IMG/VR virus record: IMGVR_UViG_2700989099_000001
Coordinates: 1-64,000 of that record
Direction: 5' to 3' (one strand)
Length of the DNA stretch: 64,000 bases
Source: a virus
Taxonomy: Duplodnaviria; Caudoviricetes
Part shown: positions 33,636 to 46,410 of the stretch, piece by piece
How the letters are laid out: each line of letters starts with the position of its first letter
Position numbering within the stretch: the first letter of the stretch is position 1
Position numbers and translations under genes: made by a program
Notes under the pieces: generated by a model
The model's database searches: none
What the model was told of the DNA's origin: nothing
Seen by the model: only the letters and a program-made list of their open reading frames with translations

Positions 33636-34679
33636 ATGGGAATTAAAGACAGAATCAAGAAAAACACAATCAGTACAAAATTATCAGACATGAAGATTAC
33701 AATTGCAGGTCGTCCAAAGTCTGGTAAAACAAGCTTGTTTTACGAAATTCTCAAACGTGAAGGTGGTCTTGATACTGGATTGCTCTTTGCATTTGAAAAA
33801 GGGTATAACTTCCTTGACGGAATTAACGTAGTTGACATTGAGTCATGGTCTGATTTCATTGATGCAATTGATGAGTTGGAAGATGACAACGAAGGATTCG
33901 TTTATGTTGGTATTGATACAGTCGATATCGCAGGTCGCCTATGTCAAGAATATGTACTTCGTAAACAAAGTACAAAAGATGGCAAACGATATGATGCAAT
34001 GGCTGACATTCCTTTTGGTAAGGGATATGAGTTGGTTGAAGCGGAGTTTTCTCGTCAATTTGCTCGTCTTGACCGTATCTTTGGTGGATGGATGGGAATT
34101 ACCCATGACAAAGACAAGACAGTTAAAGAAAAATCTGGTCTTGAGTATGACAAAACTATGATGTCAGCAACTGGTCGTACAGGAGACTATATCAAAAACT
34201 CATCAGATTTTATTGTCTTTATTGACATTCAAACAGAGAAAACACGTGATAAAGAAACACGTAAACAAACTGTTAAAGAGAATCGTAAGATTCGTTTCCG
34301 TGGAGATGGTACAACGGAAGCTGGTGGACGTATTTCTAAAGTTCCAGAAGAAATTGATTATGATGTTGATTTGTTCTTGGCAACTATCCGTGATGCAGTT
34401 CTAGCAAATACTGGTGCAAGTGAAGCATTAGTAGAAGAAAAACCAAAAGCAAAAAAAACTCGTAAAATTGTGAAAGAAGAAGTCAAAGAAGAAAAAGAAG
34501 ATGTGGTTGATATTGATTCAATCAAATCAAAAATTGGTGACTTCCTTTCTGAATTAGAATTGTCTGAGAAGAAAACTTGGGCTAAACGATTCAAAGAAGA
34601 ACTTGGAACAATGAACTTTAATGAATCTGATGACGTTAAAGCACTTCAAAGTATCTTAACTGATATGGAAGTGGGATAA
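33636..34679 (+). CDS. Sak4-like/AAA_24 P-loop ATPase (recombination)
   Basis: GRPKSGKT, FEKG, IDTVD, FGKGY, ITH motifs. Confidence 0.8.
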   Translation: MGIKDRIKKNTISTKLSDMKITIAGRPKSGKTSLFYEILKREGGLDTGLLFAFEKGYNFLDGINVVDIESWSDFIDAIDELEDDNEGFVYVGIDTVDIAGRLCQEYVLRKQSTKDGKRYDAMADIPFGKGYELVEAEFSRQFARLDRIFGGWMGITHDKDKTVKEKSGLEYDKTMMSATGRTGDYIKNSSDFIVFIDIQTEKTRDKETRKQTVKENRKIRFRGDGTTEAGGRISKVPEEIDYDVDLFLATIRDAVLANTGASEALVEEKPKAKKTRKIVKEEVKEEKEDVVDIDSIKSKIGDFLSELELSEKKTWAKRFKEELGTMNFNESDDVKALQSILTDMEVG

Positions 34680-34684
34680 TAATT

Positions 34685-34712
34685 AAAAGAGAGAAGAAAT
34701 TCTCTCTTTTTT
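34685..34712 (+). terminator. Rho-independent terminator
   Basis: AAAAGAGAGAA-GAAA-TTCTCTCTTTTTT. Confidence 0.75.
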
Positions 34713-34783
34713 ATGTCTTACACTTGACATATTCATTTTATTATGCTATAATATTAATATACTAAAGAAATGGAGATGGATAA

Positions 34784-35401
34784 TTGGCTAAACAAAGTAT
34801 TCGTACATGTCCTGTCTGCAAGAAGAAAGACAAGATTGATGTTATGGTTCAATATGAAAAACTTCCAAACAGATATTTGCATCCAGAATGTAAAGAGATG
34901 GAGATGGAAAGGTTCAAAAGAAATCAAATAGAACAAGAAAAAAAAGATATTTTTTGGCAAACTCTAGCTGAAATTGTAAACTTAAAGTTCGTTGATATTC
35001 CACCACGCATTTATACCTTAGCTCAGAACTTAAGAAGTGGTAATCCCGTATTCAATAAGAAAAAAACTGATAAAAGATATCGTGATGGGTTTGAATGGGA
35101 TGTTATGACAAGAACAGTAATTGATTCTAAACAAAAGATTAGAACAGCAATTGAAACAAAAGACTTTCAATCAATTGATTCTGCATTATATTATGTAATG
35201 AAGATTGTCGTCAATAGAATCCCTTTAGTTCATCAAAAGATGGAACGTGAAAAGAAAGCTCTTGAAGTTCAAAAGGCTCGTGAAGCAAGTATTACACAGG
35301 AGGATATCGAGAATATTATTCAATATCAATATGACGAGGAAGATGAAAAACCTAGAAAAGAACGCAAGAAACTAGGTAATGATATCAGTAAATGGTTATA
35401 A
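34784..35401 (+). CDS. Zn-finger-containing replication protein (possible helicase loader/initiator)
   Basis: CPVC...HPEC; immediately upstream of the helicase. Confidence 0.55.
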   Translation: MAKQSIRTCPVCKKKDKIDVMVQYEKLPNRYLHPECKEMEMERFKRNQIEQEKKDIFWQTLAEIVNLKFVDIPPRIYTLAQNLRSGNPVFNKKKTDKRYRDGFEWDVMTRTVIDSKQKIRTAIETKDFQSIDSALYYVMKIVVNRIPLVHQKMEREKKALEVQKAREASITQEDIENIIQYQYDEEDEKPRKERKKLGNDISKWL

Positions 35402-35410
35402 GAGGAAAAT

Positions 35411-36955
35411 ATGGTAACAACTAAAAAGAAAACAAAGGCGCAAGTAGAAGCTGAATCAATCAAACGACTAGCGAGTACCAATGAATCATATTTTGTAGGT
35501 TTATTATGGAATCAACCTATGGAAACATATACAAGCTATAGTGAAAAGATTTCATCAGATGATTTTTTACATCCAGAGTGGGGTTTTTATTTTGAATTAG
35601 GTAAACGTTTGTATAAAAAGGGAATCAAAAAATTTGATGATATTTCAGTCAATGCAACAGTTGAAGAAATCGGTGTTCGTGATACTTTTGATAAGTATGG
35701 TGGATACGGCACAATGGTGCAATTGATTGATATTGTTGAGGAAAATGCTCAAAATATTGAATCATACTATGATGCTCTACTTAAAAACAAAGTAATCATG
35801 GCTCTTATTGATTTAATTGGTGGAAAAGTAATCACCAACAATAAAAAATATGATTATCGTGAAATGAATGCTCGTGAGATTTCACAGTATTGGCAAAATC
35901 AAATGAATAATATTGCAATTGATGGTGTATCTTCTTTTGAAAGTGAAAATCTCTATATCAGTGGTAAAGAGTTCTTAGGAAACTTAGAGAATAAAGCTGA
36001 TGGAGTTCTTAGATTTGCAAATTCACGTTTGCTAAACAGTGTTGTGCAGGGTATGCCACGTGGAGAAGTTACAATGCTTGGTGGCTTTGGTAATAGTGGT
36101 AAATCTTCATTCATGACAGATAAGGTTCTCTTGTCATGTATTTATGATGTAGACAAAACACTTGTTATTCTTAATGAGGAAGGTGCTGATAAATTACGAG
36201 AAAAAATATTTTTAACATTAGTTAATCATGAGATGAATAAGTATGGAGATAAAGAAAAACGTAATTTTGAACGTAGAAAACTTAATAAAGTGAATAAGTT
36301 AGATGATAAAGACCGTAAACTTATCAATGAGACATTTGAAAAGTTAAAAGATTTAATGGCTGGAGATGAAGCACATATTAAAATTGTCTTCATGGAACAA
36401 TATCAGATTGAAGATTTAAAAAATATTGTAGCTCTACATGCAAATCTTGGATATGTCAACCTTATTATTGACACCCATAAAGTACCTGATAATTATAAGT
36501 CAGCAAGTCGTTGGGAGGCAATTGTTGAGGCAACGAAAGAAATTTATAAATTGACTCGTCCTGAATCTGGTGGTTTTAATCTTCGTACTATGTTGACTAT
36601 TCAGTTGGCGGATGTTCATATTAAAGATAAATTCCTTGGATATGATGCTATTGGTGAGGGTAAAGGGATGAAAAACGAAGCATCTATTTTAATGATGTAT
36701 CGTCCTATCTTTGATGACGAATATGACAAAATTAAACCATATCGTCTTGTTAAAAATGGAATGAGTGGAGATAAATTTGTTCGAGAAGAAGTTTCACTCA
36801 ACAGAGACAAAACTTATTATGTAATGTTTATTCCTAAAAACCGTTATGGTCAAAACACGGATAATGGACAAGACGCAATTATTTATGAAGCTAGATTCCA
36901 GTACAACTCATTTGTTGAAGTTGGGTTTGCAACTATTCCACGTGAATATAATTAA
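35411..36955 (+). CDS. DnaB-like replicative helicase
   Basis: Walker A GGFGNSGKS, ILNEE, IIDT, TIQLA, KNRYG arginine finger. Confidence 0.85.
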   Translation: MVTTKKKTKAQVEAESIKRLASTNESYFVGLLWNQPMETYTSYSEKISSDDFLHPEWGFYFELGKRLYKKGIKKFDDISVNATVEEIGVRDTFDKYGGYGTMVQLIDIVEENAQNIESYYDALLKNKVIMALIDLIGGKVITNNKKYDYREMNAREISQYWQNQMNNIAIDGVSSFESENLYISGKEFLGNLENKADGVLRFANSRLLNSVVQGMPRGEVTMLGGFGNSGKSSFMTDKVLLSCIYDVDKTLVILNEEGADKLREKIFLTLVNHEMNKYGDKEKRNFERRKLNKVNKLDDKDRKLINETFEKLKDLMAGDEAHIKIVFMEQYQIEDLKNIVALHANLGYVNLIIDTHKVPDNYKSASRWEAIVEATKEIYKLTRPESGGFNLRTMLTIQLADVHIKDKFLGYDAIGEGKGMKNEASILMMYRPIFDDEYDKIKPYRLVKNGMSGDKFVREEVSLNRDKTYYVMFIPKNRYGQNTDNGQDAIIYEARFQYNSFVEVGFATIPREYN

Positions 36956-36965
36956 AGGATAAAAA

Positions 36966-38015
36966 ATGAATGATTTAGCAGAGATTAAAAAACGACTCTT
37001 TGAAGAAGATAAAGTTCAAGACCTGTTTGAATCAATTGGTTGTCAAAATATAAAGTGGGAACAAGGCGGGACTCTTATTACAGCTCAGCTACCAGATGAT
37101 TTTCATTCTACAAATACACGTGCTGTACAATGTAGAGTGAATGAGGGTTTATGGTGCTCAATAAGAAATAGGAATGACTTTAGCGGAGATATCTTTAACT
37201 TAATCTCTTATCTCGTGTACAAAGCAAAAGGAGATGAACTACAAGATAATTTAAATGAAGCGAAGCAATATATTTGCAAGTTGTTTCATTGGAGTTATTC
37301 AAAAGGAGAGATTAAAGAAAGATATGACCCACTTAAAAACATCAAGAGTATGATGTATAAAGGTAGAGGTGGGGTAAGAAAACCTAATAAAGTTCTTAAT
37401 GAGAATATTCTATTTGATTTCTTAGATTTGCCTAATAAAATATGGGAAGATGAAGGAATAAGTGTAGAAACTCAAAGGACTTATGACATTGGGTTTGATA
37501 TCCTTACTAGAAGAATCACGATTCCTGTTCGTAATAAGTTCGGACAATTGGTGGGGGTTAAGGGCAGGATGCTCTTAGATAATGATGTGGATGATTTAGA
37601 CCCTAAATATATGTACATCTATAAATGTAATCAATCACAGGAACTATTTAATTTCCACATTGCCAATAAATCAGCAAAAGAAAAGAGAGAACTAATTATT
37701 GTTGAAGGTGAAAAGTCTTGTATGAAGTTTTATGAGAATAAGATTTACAATGTAGTAGCTCTTGGTTCGAGTGATATTTCTCCCTCTCAGGTTGATATGA
37801 TTTATTCACTAGGATTTGACGTTGATATTGTTCTAGCTTATGACAGTGACAAAACAATTGATGAAATTCAAAAGACAGCAGAAAAGCTCAATCAAAGAAG
37901 TGTGTCAATGATATATGACAAAGACAAGAAAACTGGTAAAAAGTCTGCCCCTATTGATAGTGGTATCAAGGTTTGGAAAGATTTATACAATAACTATAAA
38001 TACGATTTGGAGTAA
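36966..38015 (+). CDS. DNA primase (TOPRIM)
   Basis: RITIPVRN..GQLVGVKGR, PKY, IVEGEKS, LAYDSD. Confidence 0.88.
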   Translation: MNDLAEIKKRLFEEDKVQDLFESIGCQNIKWEQGGTLITAQLPDDFHSTNTRAVQCRVNEGLWCSIRNRNDFSGDIFNLISYLVYKAKGDELQDNLNEAKQYICKLFHWSYSKGEIKERYDPLKNIKSMMYKGRGGVRKPNKVLNENILFDFLDLPNKIWEDEGISVETQRTYDIGFDILTRRITIPVRNKFGQLVGVKGRMLLDNDVDDLDPKYMYIYKCNQSQELFNFHIANKSAKEKRELIIVEGEKSCMKFYENKIYNVVALGSSDISPSQVDMIYSLGFDVDIVLAYDSDKTIDEIQKTAEKLNQRSVSMIYDKDKKTGKKSAPIDSGIKVWKDLYNNYKYDLE

Positions 38016-38021
38016 TTAAAC

Positions 38022-39806
38022 ATGGTAAAATGGATACAAAAGAAAACAAAAATTGAAGCCGATAGAGAGGATGATTTAAAGACAAAAATTTTAAAAGCAC
38101 GAGGGATTCCTTTAGAAGACCATCAAGAGTTCTTATTTCCTGATGAAAAGTGGGAGAATCACCCTTTTGAAATCCGTAATGTAGAGAAAGCCGTCAATCG
38201 TATTTTAGAAGGTATTGCAGATAAAGAAACAATTATAGTAAGTGGAGACCCTGATGCAGATGGAATCACAGCAACAGCTATTATGTTCAATCGACTGAAA
38301 GCACTACAAGATTTTAATGAGTTCAACCTAGATTATATCTACCCACAACGTGATACGGGGCATGGACTATATGGTCAATTGTCGGTTCAAGACCATTGGC
38401 TAAACAAAGCAGAGAAAGCAAAGGTTGAAAAAGATAAAGAAAGTCTTGCTAAGTGGGAAAAACTTATTAACCTTAGTCGCTCAAACATCGAAAAGACCAA
38501 GATAGCTGACCTCCTCATTATTTTAGATAGTTCAAGCAATGACTTAAAAGGTGTTGAACGTGCTCGAACATTGAATCCTGATTTAGATATTATTATCTTA
38601 GACCACCATGAATTTGATTCTAAGGAAATAATGGATGAAATGGATAAGGAAGTTATCTTGTGCAATCCTCATCATCGCCTAGATGAATCAGTTAATAAAG
38701 ATTTATCAGGTGCTGGTATGGCTTATAAAGTAGCTAAAGGAATTGATGAGGTATTAGATGATGATGGATTCTCTAATCAATTTCGTGATTTAGTCGCAAT
38801 CGGTTTAGTAGGAGATATGATGAGTGTTCTTAATTTTGAGAATCGTTACCTTATCTCACAGGGGTTGCAGAATGTTAACAACATTGGTTTATCACGAATC
38901 CTTAAAGGTGCTAAAATTAATACATACCGATACAATACAAAAGATATTGGGTATAGTATTGCACCATTGATTAATTCATCTGCTCGTATGGGAGAGATTG
39001 AACTTGCTTTTCAAATTTTGATGATAGATAATGATACTGACGCCAAGAAACTCCGCCTTAAAATGGATAAGTTAAATAAGAAACGTCAAGAAACTCAAAA
39101 AGCAGTTATGCAAAAATATGAAGATACTCAAGATATGAGAGACAAGATTATCATTGTTATTGACTCAGAATCAAACAAAGGTATGAATGGTTTAGTAGCT
39201 CAGAATATCGCCCAAAAATATCACCGTCCGTGTTTTGTTGTAACAGAAGGAAAAGATGGAGTCTGTCGTGGTTCAGGTCGTTCATATGGTAGTTTTAATA
39301 CCAATGAGTTCTTGAGTGAATTGGACTTCGTAGAAGCACAAGGACATGGACAAGCTCATGGATTGAATTTTCCTCTTGACCGATTAGATGATTTAAAAGA
39401 GTATATAGAAGAAAACATGCCAGACAATCTTGAAATAGAACAAACATTCTACTATGACATTGAATTGGAGGATATTGAAGAAGCATTTATGGATTTGACT
39501 GACTTAATCAACATCAACTATATTACAGGTAACAACTTCCCAGAGGTTGTAGTACGTATAGATAATGTTATGATTGAGGAACGTACAGTTATTGGTAAAA
39601 CAAAAGAAACAGTTAAATTTAAAACAAGCGGAGACTTAGTTTTTATTAAGTTTAAAGTTAATGAAGACTGGAATAAAGATATTGATACATTTGACACTGT
39701 TAGTGTTGTAGGTAATGGTACAATCAATGAGTTTTATAACTTCGCAACAAAAGAAATGACACGAACACCACAAATTATAATTATGGATATTGTAAAGGAT
39801 TTATGA
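38022..39806 (+). CDS. recJ: RecJ-like DHH ssDNA exonuclease
   Basis: GDPDADG, ILDHHE, LSGAG, GDMM, APLINSSARM, GSGRS, GHGQAHG. Confidence 0.9.
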   Translation: MVKWIQKKTKIEADREDDLKTKILKARGIPLEDHQEFLFPDEKWENHPFEIRNVEKAVNRILEGIADKETIIVSGDPDADGITATAIMFNRLKALQDFNEFNLDYIYPQRDTGHGLYGQLSVQDHWLNKAEKAKVEKDKESLAKWEKLINLSRSNIEKTKIADLLIILDSSSNDLKGVERARTLNPDLDIIILDHHEFDSKEIMDEMDKEVILCNPHHRLDESVNKDLSGAGMAYKVAKGIDEVLDDDGFSNQFRDLVAIGLVGDMMSVLNFENRYLISQGLQNVNNIGLSRILKGAKINTYRYNTKDIGYSIAPLINSSARMGEIELAFQILMIDNDTDAKKLRLKMDKLNKKRQETQKAVMQKYEDTQDMRDKIIIVIDSESNKGMNGLVAQNIAQKYHRPCFVVTEGKDGVCRGSGRSYGSFNTNEFLSELDFVEAQGHGQAHGLNFPLDRLDDLKEYIEENMPDNLEIEQTFYYDIELEDIEEAFMDLTDLININYITGNNFPEVVVRIDNVMIEERTVIGKTKETVKFKTSGDLVFIKFKVNEDWNKDIDTFDTVSVVGNGTINEFYNFATKEMTRTPQIIIMDIVKDL

Positions 39807-40815
39807 TGAAAATAGAAGAAATTGAACATGTAGAACCAGAAGACTTTGCGGTCATTGAAGATGAAACTATATATGGGTATATCATAGATAGAGGATGTAA
39901 AGATGGAGCAATCATAGTTGATGAATACCCTAAACTATATACAGAAGAAAGCATGATGAAATTTATGCAAGAGAATATTAAACATGCGTTATCTATGTAT
40001 GGTATGACATTTGACAGCAAAGATGGAATGGCAGAAAATCGAAGACTAACAAAAGAAGAAAGAGATATGATTATTGAAGATTTCTTTTCATAAGGAGAAC
40101 ATAATGAGTTATAATAGACAGGAATATGGATATAGTCAAATGTTATTTAATTATATTACAGATTATTCACAGGGAATTAATGAAACGGTAAGTCAAATGG
40201 AATTTATTTGGCAAAACAGAGATAATTTCAAAGAAGATGTTGATGTCGAAGAAGCGATTAAAATATTCAAGGAAGATATTGAAGCAAAGGTGAAACTTTT
40301 TCTATCATATCTTGAACCATTAGATGAGGAATAAAATGAAAAACAAACATGAAGAACGTCAAATTATTATTTTTGCTTCATTCTGCGCATTCTTGGTGTT
40401 GTTTGCTTTTTTAGCAATATTCTTTATCAAGCCAGAGAGTGAAAATAAAGAAATGAAATATATTAATATCAATGTTGATTATGAAGTTATTAATTATTCT
40501 CAGTCTGTAAGAGATAATGGAAACACAGAAAATCAAGATACTACAATTAATTTTGTAACACCTTCTGGTGAACATCATTCAGTCACTGTCACCAATGAAA
40601 TTGAATCTAACTATTCAAACTTTGGAGCACTTACAAACAGAGACTCACAATTAATGTTCGTAGGTAGTGATTATCATGACATTGAAGATATAGTTGCAGG
40701 TACACCAATTGCCTATGCAAAATATAATATTTTAAACGATGATAAACCACACATTAACATCACTATTAATGAGAAAGCGGACATTAGAAACTTCACATTA
40801 TTTTCAAAAGAGTAA
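39803..40815 (+). CDS. Three hypothetical ORFs (39803-40093, ~40104-40334, 40324-40815 with N-terminal TM anchor)
   Basis: Contiguous ORFs with RBS, followed by a terminator-like hairpin at about 40803-40835. Confidence 0.6.
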
Positions 40816-41014
40816 TTTATTTACTCTTTTTTTATTTTATGCTTGACAAAAGTATTTTAATTTGCTATAATAGTATTATAGAAAGTTGAGGAACTAAACA
40901 TGATGAATACTATATTAACAATATTACTATATGGAACATGTATATCGTATATAATATCGATGGGTCTACTATTATATTTAGAAAAGAAAAAATAAAAAGT
41001 AAGAGGAACTAAAC

Positions 41015-41314
41015 ATGACAAACATTACTACTGAAACACGAAACGCATCATTTGAAGAAATTCTTGAAACAATTGGAGACCGACAACGTGTAGTTGTTGA
41101 CTACTTGGAAGCATTTGATGAACCTTTATCTGCAAGTGAAATTGCATATGGCTTATATATTAATGGACTTGTTCCAACACCTGAACGTAACTCAGTACAC
41201 CCTCGTTTAACAGAATTGACAAAACTTGGAATCGTACATGTAGTTGGTAAAAGAAAAGACCCAATTACAAATCGCAAAGTTGCTGTATATGAATTAGTAG
41301 AGGAAGCTCGATGA
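41015..41314 (+). CDS. Winged-helix DNA-binding protein
   Basis: PLSASEIA...RNSVHPRLTELTKLGIV..VGKRKDPIT pattern. Confidence 0.7.
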   Translation: MTNITTETRNASFEEILETIGDRQRVVVDYLEAFDEPLSASEIAYGLYINGLVPTPERNSVHPRLTELTKLGIVHVVGKRKDPITNRKVAVYELVEEAR

Positions 41315-44300
41315 CATATCCTAAATTTATTGTGGTGGAAGTGTATCAACGTAAAATCAAAAAGTCTTACTGGAAGTTAAAAATTCTTGAAGATAAAAGC
41401 AAAAGGTGGGAAGATTTCACACATTTGCGATATAATAACTGGATGGATGCCAATTATTATTTACAAACATTAAAAGAAATTAGAGGTTTAAAATGAAAAC
41501 AAGTACAGAAGTTTTAGGAACATTGGTTTTCTTTGTTGTTCTATTGGGAATGAAGCTTATTATAGGATTTGAGGATGCAGTACTTTTTGGTCTAGCGGTT
41601 GCCATTGTTAAAGTAATTAAACATGGAAATGGATAGTAATGAACAACAAACGTAAATATAAAAATAGAGATTATGAAGCTCTTAGACACGAGAAAGAAAT
41701 TAAAAGAGAAGAATTAAGACGCTTAAGGAAAGAACTACACATACTTGAGATGTCACGTCTTTCAGTTTTGCATAATGAGTCAGATAATGATGATGATAGT
41801 CTTTTTAGAAAAGCATACAATGATTTTATGAAAGAAAGAGGAGATATATGTTAGTAGATGTATTACAATGTCCTAAATGTTCAAAATTCATTAGACATGA
41901 AATTGAATATGCATACTACGAAGGATGTGATGATGTAATCGAATTAGAAGCACGTGATTTTGTATGTGAATGTCCTTATTGTGACACTAAGTTTGTATTC
42001 AATCTTTATGTAACTTATTCAGCAACAAAAGAACGAATTGATGATAAACGTGTAGAAGAAGTAGAAAATGGAGATTATTAATGAGTAACTACAATGAACC
42101 AATTAAATATGAGGTCGGTAAAGAGATTTACTTAGTACCAAGCGATACACGTCATGAGCCTTACCGTGCTAGAATTACAAAAGTCGGTCGCAAATATGCT
42201 TATGCTGGAACAATCTATAAAGGTTGGGATGACCTTGGACGAGATTTTAAGATTGAAATTGGAAAGAATAGAACATCTGTGGAATACGGTAGTGCAGATG
42301 ATGTATATGAAAGTGAAGCTATTTACGAACAATATCTCAAAGATAAAGCATTGCAATACCGTATTTCCAAACAATTAAGCTCCACAATATTTGACTCTGA
42401 TACATTGGAAGTAATTGCAGAAGTTATTGGAATGGAAAGTCATGTGGAGATTAAATGAGACAAATAACTCAAATTATAATAAGGAGAAAACATGAAAAAA
42501 CAGACTCTAAAACAATCACTATGTTCTAATTTCTATTGGGGTCATAACTTTTCAGAAAACTTAACTTATGACTCTTTCTTTCTTGAATACTCGAAAGAAT
42601 TTCGTGTTCGGCTTTATGGTTATTGTTCATACTGTGGAAAAGAAACTTTAATAGAAGTATTCTATATGCACCCCACAGAATACGTCAGATTCAATTCTAA
42701 GCACCTTTTTGATAAGTTTGTAGAAACGCACGAAAAGGAACACGTATGGGATATTACAGTTATCTCAGAGGGCATTAAAAAGGAGAAACGAGTAAGAAAG
42801 GTATAAAATAAGAATTTTATATATGGTTAAGAATAGTTTATATTTGACAAAGTGAAAATAATTTGATATAATAGAGTTGTGAAAGAGGTAATAACAATGT
42901 ATAACGCAACCTTTAGAGAAAGACCACTAAGAACAAATGTACCAACACAACCGACCAAAGGAGTGAAAATGGATAATAAAAGAATTTCTGAAATCGTTGA
43001 CGAAGAAATGATAAAGCAAGATGCAAACAGATATCGTGATATGAGGAAAATTCTCACGATTACGAAAAACATTGCGGATGAAATTGATAAGTTTGCTCAT
43101 ACTAACTGGGCTAATTGGCAATTCTATTTCTATTCAGATGAAATGAGCGAAGAGCTTATTGATTGGTTTGACAATGGTGATTCTGAGTTTACAAACTCTA
43201 AGATAGCTATGACTTACCTCAACCCTCTTACTCGTGATTTAGTGAAAGTGGTGGAATTATGACAGTGATTTTTAAAGAAATTGAAGCTTTTAATAAAGGA
43301 CATAGAGATTCTATATTCATCTTAAAGTCATCTCTTAATAAAATAAAACGTGGGCATTCAATGTTGGAGGTAGGAACTTTAGGTGTATTAGTTGTTGATT
43401 CTCCACAAAAAACACATGAGTACATTGATATGGTCAACAAACATGGAGAAGATTATGCTTTGGGAATTATTTTAGGATATCCACCTGAATGTGTCTTAAG
43501 TTTTACTAGAGCGACTCTATCGGAACGAAAACATTTTGGAAACCTATCAGCTGGGTCATTCAGTTTTATGTGTCCAGAAGAACTCAAAGATTATGCGGTC
43601 AACTATATGAAAGATAGATATGGCTTGGAAAGCCAATTTATTATATGACCGACAAACTAATATCGCTGGTCAATGACTGGTGGGGAGGGATTGAATGAAA
43701 GCTTATAAATTAAGTATTAAAGATGACCCAGACCAAGGGGAAGTAATTGTTTTTGCACAAACAGCTCGTGAAGCCAAAAACAATTGGCATTGGTATTTAG
43801 ATACTGACAGCTTTCTCGATAAACTGGTTCATCGTGCACCAGAATTTGACGGTATGGAAAATGCTAGTGATATGGAACTTATGACCAAACAGTGGCAAGA
43901 GGGTTGGAGATGGTATGATTGTTATGATATACCTGATGTAGAAGAAGATACTATCGAAGATTTTCAAGCATGGTTCAGAAAGGAATATGAAAATGAATAA
44001 ATTAATTAAAAAATATATTTTAACAATTATTGCGCTTGTTGTTCTTGATGTTTTGTCAGTAGCAATTAAGATTGTAACGCTTAGTTTAAGTTGGAATCAT
44101 TTTATTGTCCCAGCTTTTAATGCTCCAAAATTAGGGTTCATGTTAACATTTGCAATTATGGTAATATGGAAGTTATTTACCTTTAGAGTAGAGAATACAG
44201 GAATTACAACTCCACTGGTTGAAACCACAAAAAAATCTAAAGAACAAATTGTAATTAGCTATGCCGTATCTAATGTAATGGTTTCACTAATAATTGGATT

Positions 44301-46372
44301 GACCCTCTTGGTATTAAGCTTATTTATTTAAACTATCTGATGATAGTTTTTTATTTGACTTTTGAGTTATATTATGATATAATATATATTATAGAACATA
44401 AGGAGAATTTAAATGGAAAGTAAACTTGATACAATTTATAATTTCATTTTTAAAGAAACAGCACCCAATGATTGGTCAGACAGCTTAAAGCTATTGATGA
44501 TTAATTTTTACCTTGAATCAGAAATAAAAATTGAGCAAGAGTTAGAAAAAACTAGGAGTGAATTATGGAAAACGAACGTATTCAACAATTAGCAGAATTG
44601 TATGAATGTCAAATGGATGTCACTCTATCTAAAAATGACAAGGAAGAGTTATTTCAAGTTTACTTAGAATATCAAAAAGAGAGTGCAAAAACAAAGAGTT
44701 CAAGAATAATATATTTAGCACGAAGCTCTGGGAAAACTCATCTTATAAGACATTTTGGTGTTCTTGAAATGTTTGAATATATGGAGACAAAAAATGGAAA
44801 GTAAAGAAATATTTACTAAAGCACAACTATCAATCTATCGAAACCTGCTTATTATCTGGATGAATAATTCAAACCTAAGATTTAATCAACTTATATCTAA
44901 TCTTCAAGTAGATTTTAATAATCAGCAGTTTAGAAAATATTCACGTAGTGATGGAACACCAGATTTATTCTATTTAAGTGATGAGAAGTTTGCAGAATTT
45001 TTAGAAGATTTAATAGAGGAGAATAGTTAATGGAATATGGAAAATCATTTGTACACAATGGATTAAAATACCAACGCTCAGAGGACACAGTTCTCTTTAC
45101 ACTTAGAAATAAAAACAACCAATACATTGGAATTGATTTGGGTCGTAATGGCAATGAATTTGTTATTGGAAAGACCGTTTTAACAACAAGTGACGAAGCG
45201 TTTATCTTTATGATGGATAAAGAGATTTTTGAAGAAAAGGGAATCTCTAACACAGTTGCTATGCTACGTAAAGAGGCTAGTAATAAAATGAACTATGCAG
45301 GGTTTAAGCCAGTTATGGTATAAGGAGATTAATATGGTGCGATATTTGGTTCAATGGAAGAACGGAGAAACATTTACTAATCATGGGTTCTTTCGCACAG
45401 GTGAACAGGCGTTTGAATCAATTCAAGATTGGTGGGAATTGAACAGTTTCAAACCTAGTTATGTCCGTGTTCTAGGTGGTGACAACACAATTAAAGCAAT
45501 TGACTATGGAAGCTATACATCATTTTATTATATTATTCCAGTAACAGAAGATACTTTTGATGATTTATTAACTAATGGTGTGGAAGCATATGGGATGAAT
45601 GTAAACTGGAATAAATATAAAAGTAATTAAACTGTAATTGACTTTGTTGTTTAAATATGGTATAATTATTATATCAAGTTAAGGAGAAACGCAAATGAAC
45701 ATAAAACAAATTTTAGATATGGAAGTTGTACATGAATCACGTGTAGAATGGAACGACAATCATGACGGAGTATCTCATTTTGATGTCAACACTCTTGATA
45801 CAGCATTTTTTATGGAAGATGAATGGGATAAAGTAGCAGAACATATTATGTATAAATTTGTTACTTATCACAATATTGACGGTCGAAGAATTTGGGCTTT
45901 AGGATATGCAACTTTCGATGATATTCCATTCATGATTATTCAAAATGCAGGACGTGAAGGTGATGACCATGTACAAGAATATATCTTTAATGAAGAGGTT
46001 TATGAACAAGCTGTTGAGTTGCTACTTGATATTCAAAGAGATATTCCAAGAGGAGTCAGAAAACCATATATTTATAATATTGAAGAACATAATGAGAATT
46101 TAAACTCGTTTTATGGTTTGATTCTTAACAAGAATGAAGAGGACTAGAACATGGAAATTAAACAAAAAGCTGGTAGGTTTGCTGGTATGTCAGGGTGGTT
46201 AATTAAAGGTGCAAACATCTCTATTGCGGAAGATGAAATTACTGATACACGGAGTGTGGTTTGTTATCCAGACCATCCAGTCGAATCAATCCAAGAAGCA
46301 GAGAGTTTGACGGTTTATCTCACAGAAGATGAGTTTGAACTCTTGAAAAAGATTTTCAGAATTGAGGAATAG
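41311..46372 (+). CDS. Run of about 16 small hypothetical ORFs (e.g. 41848 Zn-ribbon, 42081, 42492, 42879, 43259, 43695, 43987 membrane, 44565, 45030, 45695, 46151)
   Basis: Closely packed ORFs with RBS and several sigma-A promoters; no recognisable enzyme. Confidence 0.6.
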
Positions 46373-46410
46373 AGTTTGACTGACAAGGAAAAGTCAATAA
46401 CACCCAATCA

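Noticed and set aside
44565-44804. Terminase or helicase suggested by the ARSSGKT P-loop-like motif
   Set aside because: Only 79 aa with no Walker B or nuclease domain; at most a fragment
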